A DNA stretch of 63,391 bases, the filler included, from Chiloscyllium plagiosum (lineage: Eukaryota), in assembly GCF_004010195.1 (NCBI RefSeq). It is 5 parts of one record of this genome, joined end to end, with 100 filler letters (N's around TTAATTAATTAA, not from the genome) between each part and the next. Parts side by side here need not be neighbours in the genome. Positions count along the whole stretch, not along the records: positions 49,326 to 54,840 come from NC_057717.1; positions 54,941 to 63,391 come from NC_057717.1; 3 more parts are not named here. The stretch is one strand, 5' to 3'. Shown here one piece after another: positions 51,222 through 63,164 of the stretch. Position 1 is the first letter of the stretch, and each line of letters opens with the position of its first letter. Under the pieces are notes generated by a model. It was not told where the DNA came from, made no database searches, and saw only the letters and a program-made list of their open reading frames with translations. A program made the translations under genes and the position numbers.

Positions 51222-52232
51222 TCCAAGCTCCTGTCGCTCGGCAATTTCGGAAAAATCGGAGAAGATGAACCCACCGATTTCGCCAGTCTCAACTTTCCCC
51301 CATTGCCGCGGCAGCTCGGGCGAGCGAGATCGGACTGAGAGACCCTGGAAACAAGACGCGTAGACGCGACGCGACGGATTCAGTTGGGTAACTCTTGTGC
51401 AAAAAAACGGGTAAGATAAAGGTCTTAAAAGAGTATTATCCCGGCGACCGGGGTAGGCAGAGGGTTTTGGTTTGTTGTCAGTCTTTGCCACGAGCGAGGC
51501 GCACTAAGACGCAGTGGGTTGGTGGTGTAACTGTTATGGGCTTAAGACCCACATTCACGGGCGGCCGGGATTTGCAGCAGCATTTGTTCTTTTGCCGTGG
51601 TTCTAGGTGCGCTGAGACGTAGTGTTTTGACGGGTAACTCTTATGTACACAAGACCGATCTAGATTTGTAGCGACATTTGTTGTTGTGGTCTTTGCCACG
51701 GACGAGGCGGATTGGTCGGGTAACTCTTATGGACTTAAGGCCTGCATTCGAGCGGCCATGATTTGCAGCATTACTTGGTGTTTCGCCGCGGTGCGAAGGG
51801 CACTAAGACGTGGTGTTCGGTCGGGTTACTCGTGTTTACATAAGACACGGGTAAAGGTAAATTTCGGGCGACCAAGATTGACAACGGTTTTTGCTGTCTG
51901 GTATTGCCACGGGATGGGACGCACATTCGACCAGGTAACTCTTGGGCACAGACCAAGGTATGAAAATTGACCTTTAAGTATTACCTTGGTGGTCGGTACC
52001 GTAGAGAAGTACATGAGGAATGGCAACTTACAAACATAGAGAATAAAGGTCTTTAATTGGCTAGATCAATCTAACGAGTAAGGTGTCTAACTGATTCGAT
52101 CACCCAGCCATATACCGGTTTTTAAGAGAGGAAATCCCCCACGCGAAGGTCTGAAGTAGGTGTGGAAGAAGGTGACAGCGGACCTCAGAGAGGTTAATTA
52201 AAATTACATAAAGGAACAGCCGAGTATTTTCA

Positions 52233-53617
52233 ATGGGAAATAATAATAGTGATTTAAGTGTAGCAGGAGAAATTAAACGGATGTCCGAGGACCGCTTTCC
52301 AACGGACTGCCCTTTAGGAAAAATGTTACCAGATTGGAAATACAATCCTGGGACGCAAGGAAATGATAAAAAAACAAATTATAAAACGTCCGTAGAAAAC
52401 AGCCTTGCAGTCAGGACGAATCAGATTATGCTTCGTGTCCGAAGGGCTAGTAGCTGAAGGGCGACTGTGGCTATACTTCGTAACTAACTTGCAGCCAGAC
52501 ATCCAGAAAAATGCTCAAAACCTCGAGGAGAGAGAGACAGAGAGAGAAGAGCTGTACAGCTAGGAGCATGCTTAACCTTTTGTGATTCAGTTTGAATGCA
52601 CATTTGTTGGTTGGTGATCAAATGTTCCCTGTAGCGTGAGGTCTGGGACTGTTTAGAACCTGATTTCTATTTTGGAAAATTTACCATGATTTCCTTTAAG
52701 GTTAAGGATATTGCAAGATTATGAAAAAAATGTTAACTCCTGTTCTTTTTACAGGTCATGACTGTCTTACTATTAGTTTCTAACTAATCTATTTCATTCT
52801 TAAATAAAAGGGATTTGTGGAGGACAGTTGACGTATCAGTTCAACATTAGATTGTAATAAATAAAAACAAAAACGAAAATCCTATGGTTGAAATCGGAGA
52901 CCTTGGATTCGGCCATTATTCATGCATTAGAAGATTTTTTTTTAAACTGCCAATAGCATTGTAATTGAGCAATGACTGGTCAAGACTACTTAAGAAAACT
53001 AATTTTGGATCAAGGGACTAAAACCGGGTAATTATAATGAATTTCAAAGTTGGGAACTGTATGCATTTTACATTTTAAATATTAAACTTTGAATAAATGT
53101 ATTTATAATATATAAATATGTATTTGCAAGTAAGATTCAAAAATGTACATCTAGGAACAGGCTTTAAAGTTAGATAATCATAAATTGATAAATTATATTG
53201 AGATTACAGGGAGGAAGAAATATTGCAATATTTCTTTAAAAAATCAAGGTCTAAACAAAACATTGAGTGATGAGGAATGACCATGAGGTTGGTTAAATCG
53301 GCTCAGCAATTGATCTGGCAACGTAACATGAGAAGCGGAAAGAGAAGGCAAAAATAATGATAAGCTGCGGTTATGAGGTAATAAAGAAAATGTCAAAACT
53401 AATAGGATAAGGAAACTGGAATGGTGGCGGGTAGTATGTTGACAAATAAAGGGAGGAGAAGGGATCGGGGAGCAGTTGTTAAGGAGTCTGGTAGACAGGA
53501 ACAAGGATCAAAGTGGAAATCCCCACAGGCGGAAAGACATGTCACTTTAAGAGAGAGTGTCCAGATCCGAAAAAGGAAGTAAAGGCAGTGCCGTTTATGA
53601 ACCTTGATGAAAAGTAG
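52233..53617 (+). pseudogene. gag: ERV gag relic (myristoylation-type start, zinc-knuckle remnant, TAG)
   Basis: MGNNNSD...DCPLGKMLPDW; GGKTCHFKRECP (decayed CCHC) at 53528-53563; in-frame TAG at 53615; middle heavily disrupted. Confidence 0.7.
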
Positions 53618-54100
53618 GGGTGTCAGGAGTTCCTGCCCTCGGGGACCCACCAGGAAGCCTTGATAAATTTAAAGCTGGGACCTTAAAAAGAGGACGTAGT
53701 TTTCTTTTAGTGGATACGGGAGCAGCACGATCATCATTAAGCTTTACACCTAGCGATGTTAAATTAACTAACAAAGGCCTCAAGGATTCTGGAGTAAAAG
53801 GCAAAGAATTCTTAAATCAGAATGCAGGACAATGGCTCACAGACTCTAGGATCTTGAAATATGAGACAATCTAAATAGGACAGGATGTCCTTTTGTTAGT
53901 CACAGACAGTTGCTAGAATCCAGCTGCATTTCTGTGGCGGAGAGATGGGGGTGGCCCCTGGCAATCCAGAACTTGACTGCCTTGATATTACTGAATATCC
54001 AACTGAAGTGCGAATGAACTTCAGATCAAACACGTGGACTGCAGTGGCTCAAGGTTTTCTCAAGGGCAACTGGGAAAGTGAACTAATGCTGGCGTATTCA
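53618..54100 (+). pseudogene. pol: ERV pro-pol relic: aspartic protease N-terminus joined to the RT connection region (RT deleted)
   Basis: EALINLKLGP...FLVDTGAARSSL, then LNQNAGQWLTDSRILKYETI and aatccagctgcatttctg (NPAAFL). Confidence 0.75.
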
Positions 54101-56274
54101 GATATACACATATCCCATTAATGAATACACGAAGATACCACACTCTGGGAAGACAGACAGGGGTATCAAATCGAATTAAACATAATCTTAGATTAATACA
54201 GGTTTCGCTTGTTATCTGTAAGTAGAGTGTTCCTGCGATATGGTGTAAAGAGCAGTAGCACTAATTTGCATGGGAAAAATTTTGCCTTTCTTGTAAAAGT
54301 GAAAATTCTCTTCGGATTTCTTTTGGTTAGCGAAATAAGGTCCTAATGTAGGTCATTCGGAAAGGCGTTGAAAGGCGAACTTTTGAAAAGCGGGCGATAT
54401 CTGTATCTAATTGAGCATGATATTCAGGAAGATGGGATTAGCGAAAAATAAATGTGGTCAATCTTACATTTTATTTCCAGCCCAGCTGATCATCATTCTT
54501 TTTGTTTGCTCTTTTTTCTTCTATATCTCTCTTTCTCTATTGACTCCTTCTCCCCTTTAAAGCAGACTTCCTTCTTAACGTTATTAATCACACGCCTTTC
54601 CAGCTGCTTTCAGTTCAAGAAAGTTCCCCAGCACTTTCTGTACGTTTCTTTGCATTTCTTTCCATAATTTCAGATTTTCAGCATCTTCCTTTATTTGATT
54701 TCACCTTCAATTTTGTTATTTCGTGGGACGTTGGCATCTCTGCCAAGGGCAGCATGAGGTGACCATCACGAATTGCCCTGACTCTGAGGCCATTCCACAA
54801 GCCAATATAAAGTAAAGCACATTGTCATGGGGCTGAAGTCNNNNNNNNNNNNNNNNNNNNNNNNNNNNNNNNNNNNNNNNNNNNTTAATTAATTAANNNN
54901 NNNNNNNNNNNNNNNNNNNNNNNNNNNNNNNNNNNNNNNNATGAGTCCTACCTGTTCCCTGGCTATTCTGTTCCACTTGATGTACCTGTAGAATATCTGG
55001 GGATTCTCCCTAATCCTGTCCTGCCAGCAGGTTTCCATGTCGCTGTGTTCGTCAGTCCCCTTCAAATGAAGAATTGCCTTCTTATTGCAGTCTGAAATGG
55101 CCTATCATTTACCTGCCATTATTTGCCTTAAATGTAAAGTAGACAGCCAGAGAAAAATCCTGTTTATTTCAACCTGGTCATTTGTTTAGTGACTTTTCTA
55201 AATTTCACTACGATCAACTCTCATTCTTCGAAACTCTACAGGCCACAGGCCGAGTTTCCACATCAGGCAATCTCGCCATCTGAGGGATTAATCTGGAGAA
55301 TGTGCATTGCACATCCTCCGTGGTCAGTATATTCTTTCTCAGATTGGGTCAATACTCTATGTACAGTCTCATTAGCAAGCTGTGAAACTGCGTCAACATG
55401 ACCTTCCAACTATGTTCTGATTCTCTTAAATGAAGGCGAACCTGACTTTAACTTTCCACTTCTATATATTCTTCCAATTACCATTCACATTACTTTATTT
55501 AGGAATTCACTGAATGGGTTCTTATACAAAGCCTTCTGAAAATCGAAATATGCCATTACTATGTTGTAATAAACAAGTTCAAATCATTCTGAAGTTTTTC
55601 AAGTATGAAGACTCTGTCAGACTCTGTCAGTGTATACTGATTCTCTCCAATGTTGCTGTTAATTTCTAAACATCCAATATCAGATCCTATATAATAGATT
55701 CCTTCAGTTTCCCTACAGATGTCAAGTTAATTGGTCTGCAGTTCTCCACACTATCGTTTCTTCCCTTTGCAGATGCTTGAATCCCTTCCATTCATCTAAA
55801 ATGCTTGGAACACATTGACTAACTTCCAGCCTCTGCAGAATGTACAGGAAAATAAAACAGTCATCGACGCACAATTAATGCGTCTATTGCTGATGTATTT
55901 CTAATATTTTGATACGAAGTACAACTGGCTCATCAGACTTAACAATGCTCAATCTATCTACAACACTACTATGCCAGCCTTCAACTACTACCTTGTTATT
56001 GATATGAATTGACTTTATTGATATGAATTGACTTTATGTCTTTAGTTCCACAGGTTCCATGTGATCACTTGTTATTTCTCAGCGATTTTCTGGATCTTCC
56101 TCCGTGATGACAGATGCAAAGTAACTGGTTACTTTCTTGGCAATTTCCCTGTTCTCCACAATAACCTCTCCTCTCCCGATTATAAAATTCCACATGTTAC
56201 CTTGCTTTTATTTTGTTTTCTTTGCAATACAGATTGTAGATTTATGCAGTCTTTGTGTTCGTCTTTCACAGAAT

Positions 56275-56533
56275 CATTAAAAGTCCACAGTGTGGAAAAG
56301 GACCTTGGGCACAATAGGTCCACCCCGCCTCTCCGAAGAGTAACCACTCAGACCTGTTCCCCTCTGATTCTACATTTTGCAACGTATGCACCTAATCTAC
56401 ACATCCCTGAACACTTTTGAAAAACAAGCATTTCCAATTCAGCTAACCTGTAAATCTTTGGACTGTGCGAGGAAACCGGAGCACCCGGAGGAAACTCACG
56501 CAGGCACGGGGAGAATATGCAAACCCCACACAA
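56275..56533 (-). mobile_element. HE1/V-SINE partial copy
   Basis: cagtgtggaaaaggacc...ggaaaccggagcacccggaggaaac; absent from the paralogous block at ~25700. Confidence 0.8.
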
Positions 56534-56704
56534 ATTTCTGAGAATTCTCCGGTTTCCACAATGTCTAGAATTCTTCTGAACTCACTTCCTAAGATTAATA
56601 TAATCTTTAATTTATTATGTTAACCTTCATTAAGTCACTTGCCCTTTCTTCGGTGATTCTACCTTAAAGAAACAGACATATTTTTCAGACATTGCAGTAT
56701 TTCT

Positions 56705-58206
56705 GTAGATCTCTTGGTCCTGATCAGGTGTATCCAAGTACACAGCAAAAGACGAGAGAAGATATTGCCGGGGCCCTGGCTGATCTTTTTGCATCATCGC
56801 TGTCCACCGGGGAGGTCCCGAAAGACTGGAGAGTAGTGAATATTGTGCCTTGTTCAAGTTGTGTTTGTGAAGAAGAACCTGTGAACTTTCGACCAGTTAG
56901 CTTAACAATTGTGACATGTAAGTTCCTTGAGAAGGTTCTGAGAGATAACATATACATGCATTTGAAAAGACACAGTTTGATAAGAAGCAGTCAGCACTGC
57001 TTTGTGCATAGGATATCATAGCTCACAATTCTTTAGCGTTCTTTTGAGGAAGTGACCTGGAATGTTGATGAGAGTATGGTGGTAGACGTAGTCTATTTCG
57101 GTTTCAGAAAGGCCTTTGATAAGGTTCCACATGATAGGCTGCTCTGAAAGGTTCGATAGCATGGAATCCAGGAGGACCTGGCAAATTGGATACTCAATTT
57201 CCTTGATGGTAGAAAGCAGAGGCTAATACTGGAAGGATTTCCTTGATGGTAGAAAGCAGAGGCTAATACTGGAAGGATGCTTGTTGGACTTGGGGCCTGT
57301 GACTAGTGGAGTGTCTCAGGGGTCGGTGCTTGGCCTATTACTGTTTGTTATCTATATCAATGATTTGGATGAGAATGTAGAAGCCATGATTGGTAATTAG
57401 GCTGATGACAATAAAATAGGCAGTACTGTGAACAGTGAGAAAGGTTATCAGAAATCGCAGCAGGACATTTTTTCAGCTGGGGAAGTGGGCCTAGAAATGG
57501 CAAATGGAGATGAATATTGATATATGTGGGTTATTGCATTTTGGAAAGTCAAATCCAGGTCGGAGTTTCGTGGTGAATGTTAGACCCTGAAGGAGTGTAG
57601 TGGAACAGTGGGACCTTGGAGTTCAGGTCCGTGGTTCTCTGAAAGTAGTTGCACGTAGACAGGGCAGTGAAAAAGGCTTTTGGCACACTGGCCTTCATCA
57701 GTCAGGGCACTGAGTATAGAAGTTGGCGAGTTATATTGCAGTTGGACAGGACGCTGGTGAGGCATGCACTTGGAGTATTGTGTTCGGTTGTGTTCACTTC
57801 GCCATCGGAAGGATGTGATTAAACTGGAAAAAGGACAGAAGAAATGTACACGGATGTTGCCAGTACTCAATGCGCGCTGAGCTGTAGGGAGAGTTTGGAC
57901 CGACCAGAACATTTTCCTTTGACTGTAAGAAACTGAGGGGAAATCGTATAGAATTGCACAAGAGCATGAGATACGTGGATAAGGTGAATGCACTCATTCT
58001 TTTTCCCAGTTTTGGGAATCAATGACTAGAGGACATCAGGTTAGAGGTGAAAGAATAAAAAGGATCCGAACGGTAACTTTTTTACGCAGAGGTTGGTGCA
58101 CACATGGAATGAGCAGACAGCATATTGGTTGAGGCACGTACATTAACAACGCTCAAAAGGCTTTTAGACAAATACGCGGATAGGGAAGGTTTAGAAGAAT
58201 AAGGAC
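56705..58206 (+). mobile_element. CR1-clade LINE RT to 3' region, decayed, with a 40-bp internal tandem duplication (~57198-57277)
   Basis: GEVPKDWRVVNIVP, NFRPVSLT, aaggcctttgataaggttccacat, gtgtctcaggggtcggtgctt, gctgatgac. Confidence 0.88.
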
Positions 58207-58398
58207 TGGAAATGTGTTGCTGGAAAAGCGCAGCAGGTCAGGCAGCATCCAGGGAACAGGAGAATCGACGTTTCGGGCATTAGCCCTTCTTCATTCCTGA
58301 AGAAGGGCTAATGCCCGAAACGTCGATTCTCCTGTTCCCTGGATGCTGCCTGACCTGCTGCGCTTTTCCAGCAACACATTTCCATCCCTGATCTCCAG
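58207..58398. mobile_element. Penelope-derived perfect palindrome (87-bp arms, 4-nt loop)
   Basis: 58207-58293 is the exact reverse complement of 58298-58384. Confidence 0.9.
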
Positions 58399-59150
58399 NN
58401 NNNNNNNNNNNNNNNNNNNNNNNNNNNNNNNNNNNNNNNNNNNNNNNNNNNNNNNNNNNNNNNNNNNNNNNNNNNNNNNNNNNNNNNNNNNNNNNNNNNN
58501 NNNNNNNNNNNNNNNNNNNNNNNNNNNNNNNNNNNNNNNNNNNNNNNNNNNNNNNNNNNNNNNNNNNNNNNNNNNNNNNNNNNNNNNNNNNNNNNNNNNN
58601 NNNNNNNNNNNNNNNNNNNNNNNNNNNNNNNNNNNNNNNNNNNNNNNNNNNNNNNNNNNNNNNNNNNNNNNNNNNNNNNNNNNNNNNNNNNNNNNNNNNN
58701 NNNNNNNNNNNNNNNNNNNNNNNNNNNNNNNNNNNNNNNNNNNNNNNNNNNNNNNNNNNNNNNNNNNNNNNNNNNNNNNNNNNNNNNNNNNNNNNNNNNN
58801 NNNNNNNNNNNNNNNNNNNNNNNNNNNNNNNNNNNNNNNNNNNNNNNNNNNNNNNNNNNNNNNNNNNNNNNNNNNNNNNNNNNNNNNNNNNNNNNNNNNN
58901 NNNNNNNNNNNNNNNNNNNNNNNNNNNNNNNNNNNNNNNNNNNNNNNNNNNNNNNNNNNNNNNNNNNNNNNNNNNNNNNNNNNNNNNNNNNNNNNNNNNN
59001 NNNNNNNNNNNNNNNNNNNNNNNNNNNNNNNNNNNNNNNNNNNNNNNNNNNNNNNNNNNNNNNNNNNNNNNNNNNNNNNNNNNNNNNNNNNNNNNNNNNN
59101 NNNNNNNNNNNNNNNNNNNNNNNNNNNNNNNNNNNNNNNNNNNNNNNNNN

Positions 59151-59360
59151 CTAACCTGCAATCTTCTTCCTGACCTCTCCGCCTCCACCCCAGTCTGACC
59201 TATCACCCTCACCTTGACCTCTTTCCACCTATCGCATTTCTGACGCCCCTCCCCCAAGTCCCTCCTCCCTCCCTTTTATCTTCGCCTGCTGGACAAACTT
59301 TCCTCATTCCTGAAGAAGGGCTTATGTCCGAAACGTCGATTCTCCTATTCCATGGATGCT
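59151..59360 (+). mobile_element. Penelope-like terminal region with hammerhead-like motif
   Basis: Pyrimidine-rich stretch then ctgaagaagggcttatgtccgaaacgtcgattctcct. Confidence 0.75.
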
Positions 59361-59683
59361 GTTTGATATATTCAGTCCCTTCCTCCAGATCTTTGACACA
59401 GATATTGATCGTTGATGATCCCATAGTGATTTCTGAGGCACTCCACTGGTCACAGCTATGTAATATGACAATAAACATTTATCTCTACTCTATTTCCTGT
59501 TAGTAACAGCTTCCTGTGTAGCAGCTCACGCAGTTTAAATGGCCTCCTGAGCAGTAAAATGTACTCAACGAGCAAAAATGATTAGTTCTATTTTCCTCTG
59601 TAACTCGTTAAATAGGCAGAATGGTCTCCTCCAGTCTCATGGTAGCTATTAAGACTGGCTGAATGAGAAGGTCCCCTATCTTT

Positions 59684-59985
59684 GTCACAGCGTCGAGGGG
59701 TGGATACAGGGCACAATATGGGGTAGTGGCAGCAGTATATCCCTGTAACAGCATCTAGGGTGGATTGAGGGAACAACACATTGGGTAGGGCCAACAGTAT
59801 ATTTCTGTAACCGCATCGAAGGGTGGCTTGAAGTAACGACACATGGGGTGGGGCAGCAGTATATCCTTGTAACAGCATTGGCCGTGAATTACGAGAGCAA
59901 CACATGACGTAGGGACAGCAGCATGTCTCTGTAACAGCCTCGAAGGTGGATTGAGGGAGCAACACATGGGGTAGGGGCAGCAGTT
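59684..59985 (+). repeat. ~62-bp degenerate tandem repeat, ~5 copies
   Basis: gtaacagcat...acacatggggtagg.cagcagtatat at 59684, 59745, 59807, 59869 and 59931. Confidence 0.85.
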
Positions 59986-60224
59986 GGTCATTCTGCGCCA
60001 CTAGTCAGAATGATCATGATTGATCCGATTGTGTTTGACCATCCGTCTCCTGTCTAGTTGGACCGGTGCAGTGATCAAGTCGATCTAGCACCGAGATCTA
60101 GTATGATGACTGGAGGAATCTAGTTCAATGATCGCTGGGATCAAATCAAGCTTCCTCATTTCCCCTCCCCCCAATTTATCTCACTCCACCCAATCTTTAT
60201 AATCTGCTGTACATCCCTGGACAT

Positions 60225-60350
60225 TATGGGTAATTTAGCATGGCTAATCCACCTAACCCGTGCATCTTGGGACATGGGAGGAAATTGGAGACTGTAATTG
60301 AACACGAATGTCTGGTACTGTGAGGCAGCAGTGCTAACCACTGAGCTACC
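60225..60350 (-). mobile_element. Internally deleted V-SINE
   Basis: aatttagcatggctaatccacctaacc...tgtgaggcagcagtgctaaccactgagc. Confidence 0.7.
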
Positions 60351-61659
60351 CAGTGTGGGCAACACAACTTGCATGCATATTTCAGCGCTTGAAAAGTGAC
60401 ATTTAAGCAGGGAGCATCCATAAGAGCGACAAGAGGAGGGCATTGAGATCTTGAACGGCGTGGTCAGGAACAGGATCAGGACATGCATGCCATCGAGATT
60501 ATAATGTAGGAACACCAAGAGGACATTCAGCCCAGCGAGTGTATAAAGCAGGAACAAAATGTGCCCGATCAGCTACTCATGTCTCTTACACAGCAATTAG
60601 CACAGATCTTTTTCAGCCTTGTGCCTATTACACAGGAATTGTGAAAGGAAATGTAGAGGTTATGGAAAGCAAAGAAATTATAATAACCAAATTCATAAGG
60701 GAATGAAACGTTGTGAGAAATCCATTGGTANNNNNNNNNNNNNNNNNNNNNNNNNNNNNNNNNNNNNNNNNNNNNNNNNNNNNNNNNNNNNNNNNNNNNN
60801 NNNNNNNNNNNNNNNNNNNNNNNNNNNNNNNNNNNNNNNNNNNNNNNNNNNNNNNNNNNNNNNNNNNNNNNNNNNNNNNNNNNNNNNNNNNNNNNNNNNN
60901 NNNNNNNNNNNNNNNNNNNNNNNNNNNNNNNNNNNNNNNNNNNNNNNNNNNNNNNNNNNNNNNNNNNNNNNNNNNNNNNNNNNNNNNNNNNNNNNNNNNN
61001 NNNNNNNNNNNNNNNNNNNNNNNNNNNNNNNNNNNNNNNNNNNNNNNNNNNNNNNNNNNNNNNNNNNNNNNNNNNNNNNNNNNNNNNNNNNNNNNNNNNN
61101 NNNNNNNNNNNNNNNNNNNNNNNNNNNNNNNNNNNNNNNNNNNNNNNNNNNNNNNNNNNNNNNNNNNNNNNNNNNNNNNNNNNNNNNNNNNNNNNNNNNN
61201 NNNNNNNNNNNNNNNNNNNNNNNNNNNNNNCTTCCCTTTGCTCAGGGAAGAGCTCCCTGGATTTTTAGAGGGCTTTTTCCCACCGGTGTAACATCAGTAC
61301 ACCCTTCCACCCCAACAGTGAGGCCAGGCCTGGAGGTTAATTGCAGGCTGCTTCTGGTTCAAAGTACCCTCCAGACATTCCGATTCCAGGGGGACATTAC
61401 ACTCAGACAGATGGCAGATGAGAACGGGGGGGGGGGGGGGGCCTCACAGTGACGTTGGTGCCAAAAGCACATTGAGAAACAAACAGAAAGACAAACCAAC
61501 TGGTTTTGAACTGTGTGTTTTTGTCGGAATGGTGGCTCGAGGATGAGGTTTGTTTGCTCCCTGATTATTCGCCCATTATCAACATCCTGAAAGTTCAGAC
61601 AACAGAATCCCTACTGGAAGCCCCCCCCCACCCTCCCAACTTCCATAAAGAGCTTCAAT

Positions 61660-61940
61660 AAACTAGTGAAAGATGGTTTCCTCTTTCACAAAACCATGTG
61701 AACTCTGCCTGATTCCCTGGAACTTCTCTAACCTATTAGAATGTCTTTAGTAATAGACTTTGCTGATGACAGATATTGAGCTAACCGGCCTGTAGTTTCC
61801 TGCTTTCTGTCTTCCTCCCGTTTTGAACAAAGCAGCTATATTCGCCATTTTCCAATCTAACGGGACCTTCCCCGAATTTAAGGAGTTTTGGAAAATCAAA
61901 ACGAATGCATCATCTCTCTCAGGAGCCAGTACTTTTAGGG
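61660..61940 (-). mobile_element. CR1 RT fragment
   Basis: gctaaccggcctgtagtttcctgc = minus strand GNYRPVS. Confidence 0.7.
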
Positions 61941-63164
61941 GCAGGGTGCTGAAGCGTTGTAAACACCGATTCCTGTTGCTTGACAGGACACTAACATAGA
62001 TCCTTCCCCAGGCTCAGTCCAGCTTCTGGCAGTCAGGGTACAACATACCCTTTACAGTACAAAAGCAACAATGTATTCTTGCACAGCACAGGGTGCAATC
62101 CAAAGATAAAGACTCTCGATGTCAGCTCCAGCACTGAGAACCAGAAGTCAGGACGCTCAGTCATAAATACCACGCTTTCCAAACTGCCTACTGCAGGACA
62201 GTTACAATGCTCGACACATTTGGTGTTTCAATCAACAATTAACAACCAGTATTTATATAGCGCCTTTCATGTTCTAAGCCACCCCAAGGTGCTTCACAGG
62301 AGCACTCCCAAAGAAAACAGGGCTCCAAGCCACATAGGGAGGGATGAGGTCAAGGGGAAAGTGAGGACTGCAGATGCTGGAGATCAGAGCTGAAAATGTG
62401 TTGCTGGAAAAGCGCAGCAGGTCAAGGTGACCAAACACTTGGTTGAAGATGTCAGTTTGAAGGAGAGGGCAAGAGACAGGGAGATTCAGGAAGGGAATTG
62501 CAAAACCCCCTTAAAATAGGGAAGAAACAAATCTCAGACAAACGTAGAAAGAATCATGTCGAGGTTCTTAATCTGAAATATTTTGCTGCTGGAATGTGCT
62601 GTGACTGATTAACTCTGGGGAAGTGCCTGACACTGACTGGATTTATCAGCAGGGGGAGCCTGGTGCCCACTGTTGCACAGACCAGGGCACTGTGTGTGTT
62701 CAGCTGCTGACACAGAGTTCAACATGTTCTCGAAAACAAATAAGGCGGGCTACAGGATCATTTCATTATGCAAAATATCAACGAGAAAGAGGCTTATCAG
62801 CATGGAATGATCAACAGAATGTGATTTCATAGCAGGATGCACAAAGAGACAGTGCCATGTGTTCTGCATTTTGTGCCCACGTGAGATACTGATGCCAACC
62901 ACCAAGGCAGGCCATGTGAAATGGCACAGTCGGTCTGAACAGTACAAACTTCACAACCAAAGTGCAGGCACAGTATCACAGAGCTCTTTCATTGTATTGC
63001 CAGTGGTGTTAGCAGGCTGCTGCGGAAAGGTTTTGTCAGAGACTGGCCTTTGAGGAGCACAGCGCTCAAACCAACACAGAATACAGCGGAGGCAGACACA
63101 CTGCGAGAAACCAGGAAACTCTGGCAACATCTCTGCAGACAGACAGAGTTAGTGTTTCAAATCC

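Noticed and set aside
16570..61452. Long ORFs of 170-325 aa made of X
   Set aside because: They span N gaps.
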